Assembly (NCBI RefSeq): GCF_011386835.1
Contig: NC_088810.1
Span: 23,250,001-23,314,000, forward strand
Direction: 5' to 3'
Source: Chrysemys picta bellii
Taxonomy: Eukaryota
Length of the DNA stretch: 64,000 nt
The position numbers and the translations under genes were made by a program. Below the pieces are notes generated by a model. That model made no database searches and was not told the DNA's origin. It saw only the letters and a list, made by a program, of their open reading frames with translations. Of the stretch, positions 40,508-53,920 are shown piece by piece. Numbering within the stretch: position 1 is the stretch's first letter; each line of letters starts with the position of its first letter.

Positions 40508-40677
40508 TCAGCAAATTGACTGGTGCATGGAAAAGTTCCATTATCCCATTGATGGAAGAGATGGAAAAATACCTTTTGGAAAATATAGGCTTTGAAAGTT
40601 TACTTTCATTGGTCACTGTGCCTTTTCTGTCCTCTACTCATTGCTGTGTGTTTCAAGCTGACTTCCGTTGCAGAAAG

Positions 40678-40860
40678 ATGTCTTGCTCTAGAAACCCGTG
40701 ACGGGTGGTACCATGTGGGGTGACAGGCCCTCAGTCAGCTGCTACTTGCTGCAATGAGCCATGGATTAGGCCATACTAAGACTGCAGAGTGTTTATCTAC
40801 CCACCACTGGCTGCTGTGACTAACTTGGGACCAATTGTCAGCTCTTTTCCTCAGGAGTGA
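40678..40860 (+). pseudogene. Diverged CBP pseudogene psi3
   Basis: MSCSRNP*RVVPCGVTGPQSAATCCNEPWIRPY*DCRVFIYPP...FPQE*; extra private TAA. Confidence 0.85.
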
Positions 40861-41055
40861 GGAGTTTTAAGATGAAAGAGAGGTCCAGAGTGTATTGTGC
40901 ATATCCTACCATGTGGAGTTAAGAACAAACTAATCGTCAAAAACACGGAGGAAAAAATACATCAGTTGAAGGGGTTACACACAGTTTGTTTCATAACTAA
41001 TTAGACTTACAGAAACAAAAGGACTCTCTAGTCCTCTAGGCTGTCTACAAAACTG

Positions 41056-41122
41056 TATAAAAACACTCATGACTCAGACGTCTTCAAACCACGTGTTTAA
41101 CTTATTCTCTTCCATGAATTGG
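41056..41122 (+). promoter_or_regulatory. Orphan promoter/exon 1 P3
   Basis: Paralogue of P1. Confidence 0.7.
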
Positions 41123-43050
41123 GTAAGTCTTATTCGAATCACTTTCTCTTTAATCTTTGAGATAATGTGTTAACGTGTCAGTGATAGTTTCAGTTTAAGA
41201 CTGAATCTTGCACATTCATTCCATGATTCTTAACAGCGTTAAATGTTTTGTTTGGTTCTTTTTCAATATCTTTTAGTCCATTATAAAGTTGCAGGAATTT
41301 TTTTCTTCGGTTTAGAAGCTAAGGCATGAATTTTCAGAGCAAGACATGCATTTGTAACACTAGATCTTATTGATTTCAGTTAGAACTTGGGCTTTCAAAT
41401 CCCATAGGTAGCTCTGAAAATTCTCACCCACAATTTTTAATTTAGAGTTTAAGAAGAAATTTCTACTCCCCTTTATTTCAAATTCAGATATATGTTACAT
41501 TATACTATTGGTCTTATGTTCAAAATTTCTCCTCCATTCCTTATCTTTTCATATCATGAAAGGCTTCCATATTGTTAGGCCAAAAGTTTCTGCCAGTTTT
41601 GCACATCTCCACTGTTCCTGCACAACTCAGTAAAGCTTGTGGCCTGTTATCAAGAAATATTGAGCATAGAAAGCTTCTGTTAGCTTTAATAGGAGTTTTC
41701 AGTAGTCAGTAATCCAGAAAAATGGGCCTGGAGCCTCTCCTGTCAGGCATCTAATATTAATGGCTCGTTTGGAAAGACATTTTCTTAGATGTTTCCAGAA
41801 CTAAGACCGTTGTTATATTTGCTGATTTAGCCCAGGTCCAATTGTGTTACAGCTTGAGTTGACCATGAAACCCTATCACTGGAATTCAAATGATCAGAGT
41901 TTGCTAGGCCTTCCAATTTAACAATAACAAAAGAAAAATTAAGTAGATATTTTAGAGAGGAAGACTGGCAATATTAGGGCATTTGTTCTCAATGAAGATT
42001 ATGAATTGCCAGTGAAAGGCTAACTGCTCATAGTAAAGGTTTCTTCCTCAGCCATTCAGGACTTCAATGCTGCAGCTTTAAATTGCTATCACCCTCGAGT
42101 ATCTCAAAGGGGAGGGATTCATCCTTAGCCCATTGAGCATTGCTAGGGATGGAAACGGGGATTGGTTTGGCCAAATGCCTCCAGATAAAGCACCCAAATC
42201 AAATGGCCATGTCAATAAAGTTTTCCCAGTCTTTGTCTTTATCCATAATCTCTGCTGAAAAACCCAAATCCTGGGGAAAGGAAGCTCTATAGAAAAGTGA
42301 GGTTACTTGTGGACTTGAAGTTGAGAAGAGCTTTGTAGTGAACAGCCAAACCTTCAAAGCACTCTAGAAGCAATGGCTGCCTGTCTCCAAAGATACTCTG
42401 CCATTCAATGGATTGGGGCTAGACTTAACCATGCATTAACCGAGCAATTTGCTGGCCAATTTTCTTTTCCTTCTGAAAACCTGGGCCCTTCTCCTGCAAA
42501 CAGTCACACTGATGCTTACCATGAAACCAAAGGAAAAATGTACATTCTTTAAGTGACCATATGGATAAATCATTTCAGGAAAAGACACTTTGCTCAACCA
42601 GGTAAGGAAAGGAGGAACTCTTTGCAGAGGGCTTGTATAATTCTATGGACCTCTTCAAGGGCCGGATTCACTCCATGGCTTTCAAAGTTGCAACTTGAGA
42701 TGTGCCCGGTGCTGCCTGCTCCACAGAGATGAATTTTTAACCAAGTAGGGAGAAATAAGGAGAACTATAAGACTGATATGATGATGCAGCATAGTTTTTA
42801 ATGCAAATGAAATTTGCAGTACAAAGTTACAGGAAAAAACAATACAGAGCAGAACCTTTTTAAGTTCCTTGTTTTACACCAGTTGGTAGGAAATAAAACA
42901 CAGCATAATAGAGGCAGAGGACTAGGAAGGTTCTCTATTACATATCTGCCGTAGCATAATTCAAAGTGAGATGCTTACGATAAATATCGGTGGAAAGGAT
43001 AGAACATGTAGGGCCTATTCTACTTTATTTCATGGATATTCCTGTTGGGA

Positions 43051-43611
43051 TTAACATGGCCCACAGTATCCACCGCGATACCTACGGCCATATCCCCCGT
43101 AACCGCATAATCCCCCATAACCACCTAATCCCCCATAACCGTAACCTCCCCCGTAACCACACAGTCCCCCATAACCTCCCTCGTAACCACACAATCCCCC
43201 ATATCTACCCAATCCCCCATAACCACCTAATCCCCCATAACCGTATCCTCCCCCGTAACCACACAATCCCCCATAACCACCCAATCCCCCATAACCGTAA
43301 TGGCTCCCATAACCACCCAATCCCCCTAAACCATACAATCCTCCATAATGGCCTCCAGAGCCATACAGTCCCCCCAAACCGAATGAGCCCCCATAGCCAG
43401 CTCCGACCACAGGTGCTCCTACGGCTGCCACTTCACTCTGCTGCGGGAAAGTGCTGAGAATTGGTCCTGGGAGGGTCACGGCAACCGGTGATGGTCTGAT
43501 GACCACTTCAGAGTCAGGGCACTGCCTGACGCACGGCTCATTGCAGCTGCCAGAAACTGGACTGGGACGGGCCACCCCGCATTCTGGATAGGACAGGCTG
43601 GAGCAAGACAT
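43051..43611 (-). CDS. Corneous beta-protein gene 7, 186 aa
   Basis: CBP core (PVAVT), GSHY and GYEGG variants; intron 43633-44271. Confidence 0.95.
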   Translation of the reverse strand: MSCSSLSYPECGVARPSPVSGSCNEPCVRQCPDSEVVIRPSPVAVTLPGPILSTFPQQSEVAAVGAPVVGAGYGGSFGLGGLYGSGGHYGGLYGLGGLGGYGSHYGYGGLGGYGGLCGYGGGYGYGGLGGYGGLGRYGGLCGYEGGYGGLCGYGGGYGYGGLGGYGGLCGYGGYGRRYRGGYCGPC

Positions 43612-44271
43612 CTTTCTGTGATGGAGATAAACCTGAAACACACAACAGGGAACAGATTCTAGAGAAGGTACAAGTGTCAGTGGAAGAAAGGCTTCGAAGC
43701 TCAGTTACTATTGTGGTGAGATCTACAAGGGCCCCGAGAGAGAGGAGGAGGAGTAGACGCAGTCCCTATGTTCATGGTTATTATTTGTTCCTATTTCCGC
43801 TTTGTATGCCTCTTCTCCTCTCCCACTAAACTTCCCTCCCAACTGGCCCCTTTGAAGTCCTCTCCATGTCTGCCACAGTGATGAATAATAGCTTCTTCAG
43901 AATAAAGTAGAAGACCAATGTATTGCCCTGTTATGGAGTGAACTGGTAATGTTTCTTACTAATCTACCAAAAAGAGAAATGACTAAAGGATTTTATAAGG
44001 TCACTTAAAAGATTTAAATGCCCTAATTCAATTTCCAATTAATAGAAAATATATTTCCCCGTTCCATATGTTGCTTCTACAATCGCCCCGTTAGCTTAAC
44101 ATCATGAATCCACCAGCCTTTGCAAGTGAATAAGTGTACAATGTAATTATGGAATAACACCCTCATCCCTGATAAAAGTCACTGAGAGTAGGTGCAAGAT
44201 TCAATCTTGAATGGAAATGGAAGCTACTGGATATCTCTGTGGTAAGAAAGATGAAGTCAAAATGGACTTAC

Positions 44272-44339
44272 CGTGTTCACCAAGGAGATGAAGTGCAGAG
44301 AAGTGTTTAGAAGAGTCCTGAGATGTGAGCACTTTTATA
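44272..44339 (-). promoter_or_regulatory. Gene 7 TATA box and exon 1
   Basis: Same 68-nt module (CTCCTTGGTGAACACG end). Confidence 0.85.
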
Positions 44340-47112
44340 CAGTTTGTGGGACTGCCTGAAGGATCTGAGATGCCTTTTATGGAGGCGGTCCCAATTAGTT
44401 ACCAAATAAACTTGACTGCCTTGCTAAATCCTCCTTTTGATGGAGCTGTTTTCCTCAGGGTTTGGGATTGTTGTGCTAATGTCAGCCTTTAAGGGTGTGA
44501 CATTGTTGCATTCTTCAGCTTTCTTTCATCTAAAAATTGTACAAGCCAACTGCAATCCTCGTGTCATTCCACTGACTGACTTGGTGCTACCATGAGAATG
44601 CATGTCAAGCTGATTCAGAGCTGTGTCAGTAGTACAACTGTCTGTCATGAACAGGAATCTGGTTTGGTTGTTTCCAATTATGCTGGTCATGGTTAGGGGC
44701 ATTGGGCAGTGCATTTTCTACCCGGTAGGAAGGAGGGAGGCATTTTTGTACATTGGGTCAGATCCAGTCCCCTTTGTAATCAATGGGATTCATACCATTG
44801 CCTTCAGTGTGTTTCTTCTCAGGACCTTATATCTGAAAATCCCCCTTTGGCAGGGGGATAGTATGAAGCCTGTGAACATTTTGAGTCCAACTTGAAACGT
44901 TCAAACTAGGACTCAGCAGGGACTGTAGTGGGGCATGGGCCTTTGTGATGGTCCTCTGCACAGGGGAGAATTTCTCCTTACAGGGATTCAAAATTGACCT
45001 AAAATTGGACCTCCACTTGTGGCACCAATTGTAAACAATTATCAAATGAAAATTAAAAAAAAAATAGAATGAGCCTCTTTAGGAGTTACTTTCGGCTTAG
45101 TGACAGATTTGGAAGCCATGATTGGTAAGTGTCCAGGAGGGTTCAAGAGATTGAGGTTAGTATTTGGCATGAGTAGTCCTGATTATTGGGGGATATTTCT
45201 GACTCTGCCAATCTCTCCCTGTCTGACCTTGACCTTAACATACCTCCATTCACCTCTGTGTAAAACAAGTATAATTATCATTTGAAAGCACTTCACAAAC
45301 GTTTTATACGGCCAAAGAGACGTACTGTATTATTATAGTAGTAATAACTTTTTTACTGCAATTAGATGGTCCAATATTCACTTTAAAAATGCATGTCAAT
45401 GTGTCAGATGTCATTCCAGTACTCCGTTCATCATTCTGAGCTCCCTCCCCCTCAAATGGAGGCTCTTTGATTTTTTTGAATGTAGCTTTGTTTTCTATTG
45501 TTTATATATTTTAAAGTTAAGGGAATGAATGTGAGCTAGTGTAGACCAACACAACTCCATCATACATTCATCTACACATGTCATCAACATTTTTGTGCCC
45601 TTCAGCTCCCAGAAGATGAATATCTTCCAATAATCAAATTTATGATTGGGTAACACAAAAGGAAAAATTATGCAGACCAAGAACATTTCACAATATTTAG
45701 CTGGTGAGGGGAGATATATCCATCTGTCAACAGGTTTTATTTAAGGGCAATACAGCTCTACTCTTCAATATCACACCATACCTATGGACTCCTCTTTGGA
45801 ACGGAAGAACAGAAACATTTCTATAGATGATCAGGGCTCTCTCCATTAGCAGTAAGTACCAGAGCCTTTACTGGGAGTTTCAAGTAACCCAGGAGAACTG
45901 AGGAATAGGGTCACTTGTCCATGAAGGAAGTTTTTCACTATCCCTCATCAATCAGATCTAACCTTCATTATTGGATGATACCCTGAAGCACAAGAGTTAA
46001 TATCCTTGAAACCAGAACAAATGCTGTAAATCCATCTGAATCTCTATTTCCTCTTTTCCGCATTTCCTCTATTTTCTGCAAGCACCATTCTGTCCACATC
46101 ACCAAGAGACATGTCCCAACTCATGTCTCTCCTTTGAGATACTCGAGGATCAATACCAATTTAAAGCTGCAGCATTATAGTCCTGAACTGCTGAGGAAGA
46201 ACCTTTCCCATTAAGGAATGAGTCTTTCACTGGCAAATCACAAACTTCATTGAGAACAAATGCCCTAATATTGCCAGTCTTCCTCTCTAAAATATCTACT
46301 TAATTTTTCTTTATTTATTGTTAAATTGGAAGGCCTAGCAAACATTTGAATTCCAGTGATAGGGTTTCATGGTCAACTCAAGCTGTAACACAATTGGACC
46401 TGGGCTAAATCAGCAAATATAACAACGGTCTTAGTTCTGGAAACAGCTAAGAAAATGTCTTTCCAAACGAGCCATTAATTTTAGATGCCTGACAGGAGAG
46501 GCTCCAGGCCCATTTTTCTGGATTACTGACTATTGAAAACTCCTATTAAAGCTAACTGGAACTTTCTGTGCTCAGTATTTCTTGATAACAGGCCACAAGC
46601 CTTACTGAGTTGTGCAGGAACAGTGGAGATGTCCAAAACTGGCAGAAACTTTTGGCCTAACAATGTGGAAACCTTTCATGATATGAAAAGATAACGAATG
46701 GAGGAGAAATTTTAACCATAAGACCAAAAGTATAATATAACATATATCTGAATTTGAAATAAAGGGGAGTAGAAATTTCTTCTTAAACTCTAAATTAAAA
46801 ATTGTGGGTGAGAATTTTCAGAGCTACCTATGGGATTTGAAAGCCCAAGTTCTAACTGAAAGCAATAAGATCTAGTGTTACAAATGCATGTCTTGCTCTG
46901 AAAATTCAAGCCTTAGCTTCTAACCCAAAGAAAAAAATTCCTGCAACTTTATAATGGACTAAAAGATATTGAAAAAGAATCAAACAAAACCTTTAACGCT
47001 GTTAAGAATCACGGAGTGAATGTGCAAGATTCAGTCCTAAATTAAAACTATCACTGACATGTTAACACATCATCTCAAAGATTAAAGAGAGAGTGAGTCG
47101 AATAGGACTTAC

Positions 47113-47179
47113 CCAATTAATGGAAGAGAATAAGTTAAACACGTGGTTTGAAGACGTCTGAGTCATGAGTGTTTTTATA
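47113..47179 (-). promoter_or_regulatory. Orphan promoter/exon 1 P4
   Basis: Inverted paralogue of P1. Confidence 0.7.
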
Positions 47180-47371
47180 CAGTTTTGTAGACAGCCTAGA
47201 GGACTAGAGAGGCCTTTTGTCTCTGTTAGTCTAATTAGTTATGAAACAAACTGTGTGTAACCCCTTCAATTGATGTATTTTTTCCTCCGTGTTTTTGATT
47301 AGTTTGTTCTTAACTCCATATGGTAGGACATGCACAATACACTCTGGACCTCTCTTTCATCTTAAAACTCC

Positions 47372-47553
47372 TCACTCCTGAGGAAAAGAGCTACAATTGG
47401 TCCCAAGTTAGTCACAGCAGCCAGTGGTGGGTAGGTAAACACTCTGCGGTCTTGGTACGGCCTAATCCATGGCTCATTGCAGCGTGTAGCAACCGACCGA
47501 GGTTCTGTCACCCCACATGGTACCACCCATTATGGGTTTCTAGAGCAAAACAT
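47372..47553 (-). pseudogene. Diverged CBP pseudogene psi4
   Basis: Inverted copy; TAA at codon 8; shares the UTR deletion and 1-nt deletion with psi2. Confidence 0.85.
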
Positions 47554-49631
47554 CTTTCAGCTTGCAACACACAGCAATGAGTAGAGGACAGAAAAGGAAC
47601 AGTGACCAATGAAAGTAAACTTTCAAAGCCTATATTTTCCAAAAGGTATTTTTCCATCTCTTCCATCAACGGGATAATGGAAATTTCCATGCACCAGTCA
47701 ATTTGCTGAGGTTATAGTTAGGCTTTATTTTATAGCATATCTTGGAATTAATGGGCACTTTGTGTGTAATTCTTTAAGTGGATTCAGTGTATAATCTTCA
47801 CCTCAAAGTGCTTCTGTGCATCTGCATGCAAAACAGGGATAACAACAGTTACGCTACGTGCGAGGCTTCCTCGGGACTATGAATTTCAAGGCATTGCAAA
47901 AACACTCATTACTCTTTTATAAGTGCAAAGTGTTTTATTATTATAATATTGAGGGTGTCCTCTTTGTGTTAGACGCCCAGTCCTGAGTGCTTGAGTCACC
48001 CCAAAAAAGGCCCAGCAAGCTCTCTCATGTCCCTCCCTACTCAGGCCATGATATACAGCCTCATAATTTTCGTATTAATATTTCATTAATTGGAGCTTTA
48101 CACTAATGATCACAAACAATGAGGAAAACATTTACATCCATTGAAGTTGTTATGCATGCAACAAGATTGGTTTTGTAGCGAAAAATGTCTTCGCCAGAAG
48201 TAAAGAGCATCTCACATGCTTTCTAAATGATATGAGAGCACCTGCAACTTAGGACTTTTCAGATCACTTATCTAGCGTTATTCGTCTTGGTGAACTTGGT
48301 AAGTCTGATTTGACTCTCAGAGTTGGGGGTGGAGGAACGGAGTACACACAGAAAGACACACTCCACACAAGGTCTGGGCTGGGTAAAGTGCCTCCCTTCA
48401 AATTGAAGTTGAAGGAGTTGTGCTGGTTTACACTAGCTCACATTCAGGCCCTTTAACCTTAAAATATATAAACAAAGGGGGGAAAAAGCTACATTCAAAC
48501 AAAATCAAAGAGCCTCCATTTGAGGGGGAGGGAGCTCAGAATCATGAACCGAGTACTGGAATGACATCATGACCTTGACATGCATTTCTAAAGTGAATAT
48601 TGGAACGTCTAATTGCAATATAAAGTTATTAACTATAATAATACTGTACGTAACTTTGGCTGTATAAAGTGTTTGTGAAGAGCTTTCCAATTATAATTAT
48701 ACCTGTGTTACACAGAGGTGAACGGAGACATGTTAAGTTCAAGGTCAGACAGGGCATGACTGACAAAATCAGAAAAAGCTCGCAATAGTTGGGACTTCTC
48801 ATGCCAAACACTAACCTCAGTCTCTTGAATCCTACTGGACACTTACCAATCATGGCTTCCAAATCTGTCACTAACCCTGAAAGAAACTCTTAAAGAGGCT
48901 CATTCTATTTTTTTTAAATCTTCTTTTGATAATTGTTTACAATTGGTGCCACAAGTGAAGGTCCAATTTTAGGTTTATTTTGAATCCCTGTAAGGAGAAA
49001 TTCTCCCCTTGGCAGAGGGCCATCACAAACGCCCATGCTCCACTACAGTCCCTGCTGAGTCCTAGTTGGAACATTTCAAGTTGGACTCAAAATGTCCATA
49101 GGCATCGTACTATCCCCCTGCCAAAGGGGAAATTTCAGATATAAGGTCCTGAGAAGAAACACACTGAAGGCAATGGTATGAATCCCATTGATTACAAAGG
49201 GGACTGGATCTGACCCAATGTACAAAAATGCCTCCCTCTTACCTACCGGGTACAAAATGCACTGCCCAATGCCCCTAACAATGACCAGCATAAATGGAAA
49301 GGACCAAACCAGATTCCTGTTCATGACAGACAGTTGTACTACTGACACAGCTCGGAATCACCTTGACATGTATTCTCATTGCAGCACCAAGTCAGTCAGT
49401 GGAATGACACGAGGATTGCAGTTGGCTTGTACAATTTTTAGATGAAAGAAAGCTGAAGAATGCAACAATGTCACACCCTTTCAGGCTGAGATTAGCCCAA
49501 TAATCCCAAACCCTGAGGAAAAGAGCTCCATCAAAAGGAGGATTTAGCAAGGCAGTCAAGTTTATTTGGTAACTAATTAGGACCTCCTCCATAAAAGGCA
49601 TCTGAGATCCTTCAGGCAGTCCTACAAACTG

Positions 49632-49699
49632 TATAAAAGTGCTCACATCTCAGGGCTCTTCTAAACACTTCTCTGCACTTCATCTCCTCAGTGAACACG
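49632..49699 (+). promoter_or_regulatory. Gene 8 TATA box and exon 1
   Basis: Same 68-nt module (CTCCTCAGTGAACACG end). Confidence 0.85.
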
Positions 49700-50362
49700 G
49701 TAAGTCCATTTTGACTTCATCTCTTTCTTACCATAGAGATATCCTAATAGCTTCCATTTCCATTGAAGACTGAATCTTGCATATACTCTCAGTGACTTTT
49801 ATCAGGGATGAGGGTGATTTTCCATAACTATATTGTGCACTTATTCAGTTGCAAGGGCTGGTGGATTCACGATGTTAAGCTAAAGGGGGGATTGTAGAGG
49901 CAACATATGGAACTGCGAAATATATTTTCTATTCATTGGAAATTGAATTAGGGCATTTAAATCTTTTAAGTGTCCTTATAAAATCCTTTAGTCATTTCTC
50001 TTTTCGGTAGATTAGGAAGAAATGTTCCCAGTTTATTCCATAACAGGGCAATACATTGGTCTTCTACTTTATCCTGAAGAAGCTATTATTCATCACTGTT
50101 GCAGACATGGAGAGGACTTCAAAGGGGCCAGTTGGGAGGGAAGGTTAGTGGGAGAGGAGAAGAGGCATAGAAAGCGGAAATAGGAACAAATAATAACCAT
50201 GAACATAGGGACTGCGTCTCCTCCTCCTCCTCTCTCTCGGGGCCCTTGTAGATCCCACCACAATAGTAACTGAGTTTTGAAGCCTTTCTTCCACTGACAC
50301 TTGTACCTTCTCTTGAATCTGTTCCCTGTTGTGTGTTTCAGGTTTATCTCCATCACAGAACG

Positions 50363-50905
50363 ATGTCTTGCTCCAGCCTGTCCTATCCAGAATGCGGGGT
50401 GGCCCGTCCCAGTCCAGTTTCTGGCAGTTGCAATGAGCCATGCGTTAGGCAGTGCCCTGACTCTGAAGTGGTCATCAGACCATCACCGGTTGTCGTGACC
50501 CTCCCAGGACCAATTCTCAGCACTTTCCCGCAGCAGAGTGGCGTCGGAGCCATAGGAGCACCTGTGGTCGGAGCTGGCTATGGGGGCTCATTTGGTTTGG
50601 GGGGACTGTATGGCTCTGGAGGCCATTATGGAGGATTGTATGGTTTAGGGGGATTGGGTGGTTATGGGAGCCATTACGGTTTTGGGGGATTGGGTGGTTA
50701 TGGGGGATTGTGTGGTTACGGGGGAGGTTACGGTTATGGGGGATTAGGTAGATATGGGGGATTGTGTGGTTACGGGGGAGGTTATGGGGGACTGTGTGGT
50801 TACGGGGGAGGTTACGGTTATGGGGGATTAGGTGGTTATGGGGGATTATGCGGTTACGGGGGATATGGCCGTAGGTATCGCGGTGGATACTGTGGGCCAT
50901 GTTAA
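50363..50905 (+). CDS. Corneous beta-protein gene 8, 180 aa
   Basis: CBP core, QQSGVGAIG variant; intron 49700-50341. Confidence 0.95.
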   Translation: MSCSSLSYPECGVARPSPVSGSCNEPCVRQCPDSEVVIRPSPVVVTLPGPILSTFPQQSGVGAIGAPVVGAGYGGSFGLGGLYGSGGHYGGLYGLGGLGGYGSHYGFGGLGGYGGLCGYGGGYGYGGLGRYGGLCGYGGGYGGLCGYGGGYGYGGLGGYGGLCGYGGYGRRYRGGYCGPC

Positions 50906-52826
50906 TCCCAACAGGAATATCCATGAAATAAAGTAGAATAGGCCCTACATGTTCTATCCTTTCCACCGATATGTATCATAAGCATCTCACTTTGAATTAT
51001 GCTACGGCAGATATGTAATGGAGCACCTGCCTAGTCCTCTGCCTCTATTATGCTGTGTTTTATTTCCTACCAACTGGGGTAAAACAAGGAACTTAGAAAG
51101 GTTCTGCTCTGTATTGTTTCTTCCTGTAACTTTGTACTGCAAATTTCATTCGCATTAAAAACTATACTGCATCATCATATCAGTCTTATGGTTCTCCTTG
51201 TTTCTCCATATTGTCACTTAAAGAATGTACATTTTTCTTTGGTTTCATGGTAAGCATCGGTGTGACTGTTTGCAGGAGAAGGGCCCAGGTTTTCAGAAGG
51301 AAAAGAAAATTGGCCAGCAAATTGCTCGGTTAATGCATGGTTAAGTCTAGACCCGACCCCTTGAATGGCCGAGTATCTTTGGGGACAGGCTGCCTTTGCT
51401 TCTAGAGCTCTTTGAAGGTTTGGCTGTTCACTAGAAAGATCTTCTCAACTTTAAGTCCACAAGTAACCTCACTTTTCTATAGAGCTTCCTTTCCCCAGGA
51501 TTCGGGTTTTTCAGCAGAGATTATGGATAAAGACAAAGACTGGGAAAACTTTGTTGACATGTCCATTTGATATGGGTGCTTTATCTGGAGGCATTTGGCC
51601 AAACCAATCCCCATTTCCATGCCTAGCACTACTCTATGGGCTAAGGATGAATCCCTCCCCTTTGAGATACTCGAGGATGATAGCAATTTAAAGCTGCAGC
51701 ATTGAAGTCCTGAATGGCTGAGGAAGAAACCTTAACTCTGAGCAGTTAGCCTTTCACTGGCAATTCATAAGCTTCATTGAGAACAAATGCCCTAATATTG
51801 CCAGTCTTCCTCTTTGGTCAAATAATACGGAAGCCTTTCATGATATGCAAAGATAACGAATTGAGGAGAAATTAAAACCAGAAGACCAATAGTATAATGT
51901 ATTATATATTTGAATTTGAAATAAAGGAGAGTTGAAATTTTCAAAAGAAAGGAAAAGAAAAGAAAAGAAAACAAAAGAAAAGGCTATATATCCATGGTTT
52001 CACGAAGGCCATATCCTATCACCAGCTCCAAAGTAATGTATTTCTCAAATTGTCTTCTTTATTACAGCTGTAGAGTTTGACAAACAAGTCCGGTGTGCCA
52101 CCATTTTAAATTACTTGTTTCCCCTCGGTCAGTCTCAACTAAGGCAAAACACAATTGAGGTCATGTAGAGACCTAAAGAGAGAGCGAGAGTGTAGACCAA
52201 CATAACTCCATCATCTTCAATTTGAAGGAAGGCACTCTACCCAACCTAGGTTAGAGAAAACCTTGTGTGGAGTGTATCTTTCTGTGCATACACTGCACCT
52301 CCACCCCCAACTGTGTGAGTGAAATCAGACTTACCAAGTTCACCAAGACGAATAACGCTAGATAAGTGATCTGAAAAGTTCTAAGTTGCAGGTGCTTTCA
52401 TATGATTTAGAAAGGACGTGAGATGACCTTTTCTTCTGATGAGGACCTTATTAGCTACGAAACCAATCTTGTTGCATGCATAACAACTTCAATGGATGTA
52501 AATGTTTTCCTCATTGTTTGTGATTATTAGTGTAAAGCTATCATTAATGAAATTTTAATACAAAAATTATGAGGCTGTATATCATGGCCTGAGTAGGGAG
52601 GGACATGAGAGACCTTGCTGTGACTTTTTTGAGGTGACTCAAGCACTCAGCGTCTAACACAAAGAGAACACCCTCAATATTATCATAATAAAACACTTTG
52701 CACTTATAAAAGCGTAATGAGTGTTTTTGCAATGCCTTGAAATTCAAAGTTTACTTTCATTGGTCACTGTGCCTTTTCTGTCCTCTACTCATTGCTGTGT
52801 GTTGCAAGCTGTTCCGTTGCAGAAAG

Positions 52827-53009
52827 ATGTCTTGGTCTAGAAACCCGTGACGGGTGGTACCATATGGGGTGACAGGCCCTCAGTCAGCTGCTACACGCTG
52901 CAATGAGCCATGGATTAGGCCGTACCAAGACAGCAGAATGTTTATCTACCCACCACTGGCTGCTGTGACTAACTTGGGACCAATTGTCAGCTCTTTTCCT
53001 CAGGAGTGA
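52827..53009 (+). pseudogene. Diverged CBP pseudogene psi5
   Basis: MSWSRNP*RVVPYGVTGPQSAATRCNEPWIRPYQDSRMFIYPPLAAVTNLGPIVSSFPQE*. Confidence 0.85.
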
Positions 53010-53204
53010 GGAGTTTTAAGATGAAAGAGAGGTCCAGAGTGTATTGTGCATGTCCTACCATATGAATTTAAGAACAAACTAATCGTCATAAACACGGAGG
53101 AAAAAATACATCAATTGAAGGGGTTACACAAAGTTTGTTTCATAACTAATTAGACTTACAGAAACAAAGGGCCTGTGTAGTCCTCTAGGCTATCTCCGAA
53201 ACTG

Positions 53205-53269
53205 TATAAAACACTATGACTCAGAAGTCTTCAAACCACTTTTTTAACTTATTCTCTTCCATGAATTGG
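53205..53269 (+). promoter_or_regulatory. Orphan promoter/exon 1 P5
   Basis: Paralogue of P1, 2 nt shorter. Confidence 0.65.
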
Positions 53270-53920
53270 GTAAGTCCTATTCGACTCACTCTCTCTTTAA
53301 TCTTTGAGATGATGTGTTAGCATGTCAGTGATAGTTTTAATTTAGGATTGAATCTTGCACATTCACTCCATGATTCTTAACAGCGTTAAAGGTTTTGTTT
53401 GATTCTTTTTCAATATCTTTTACTCCATTATAAAGTTGCAGAAATTTTTTTCTTCGGTTTAGAAGCTAAGGCTTGAATTTTCAGAGTAAGACATGCATTT
53501 GTAACACTAGATCTTATTGATTTCAGTTAGAACTTGGGCTTTCAAATCCCATAGGTAGCTCTGAAAATTCTCACCCACAATTTTTAATTGAGGGTTTAGG
53601 AAGAAAATCCCTAAGTTTACACCATAAATGACAAATTAATTGTTCTTGTTCCTTGTGAAGCAGTTGGTAAGTGACACTCATTGCAACAGGATATTGGATT
53701 TGATGGGCCACACATCTGTTCCAGCATGCCAATTGCTACATTCTAAGGTGCAGAGGTGATTATAGGTGAAACTCCTCATCTCATCTAAATTAGTGTACCT
53801 CCAGTGAAGTCAGTGGGAAGCGCAGATTTGTATTAGGGGAGGAAGTGATGTTTAGTGTTTTGTTTTTATATTAAAAAAGCCAAACACTTTCCTTTATCCA
53901 TCAGCAAGTACTAATGACAT

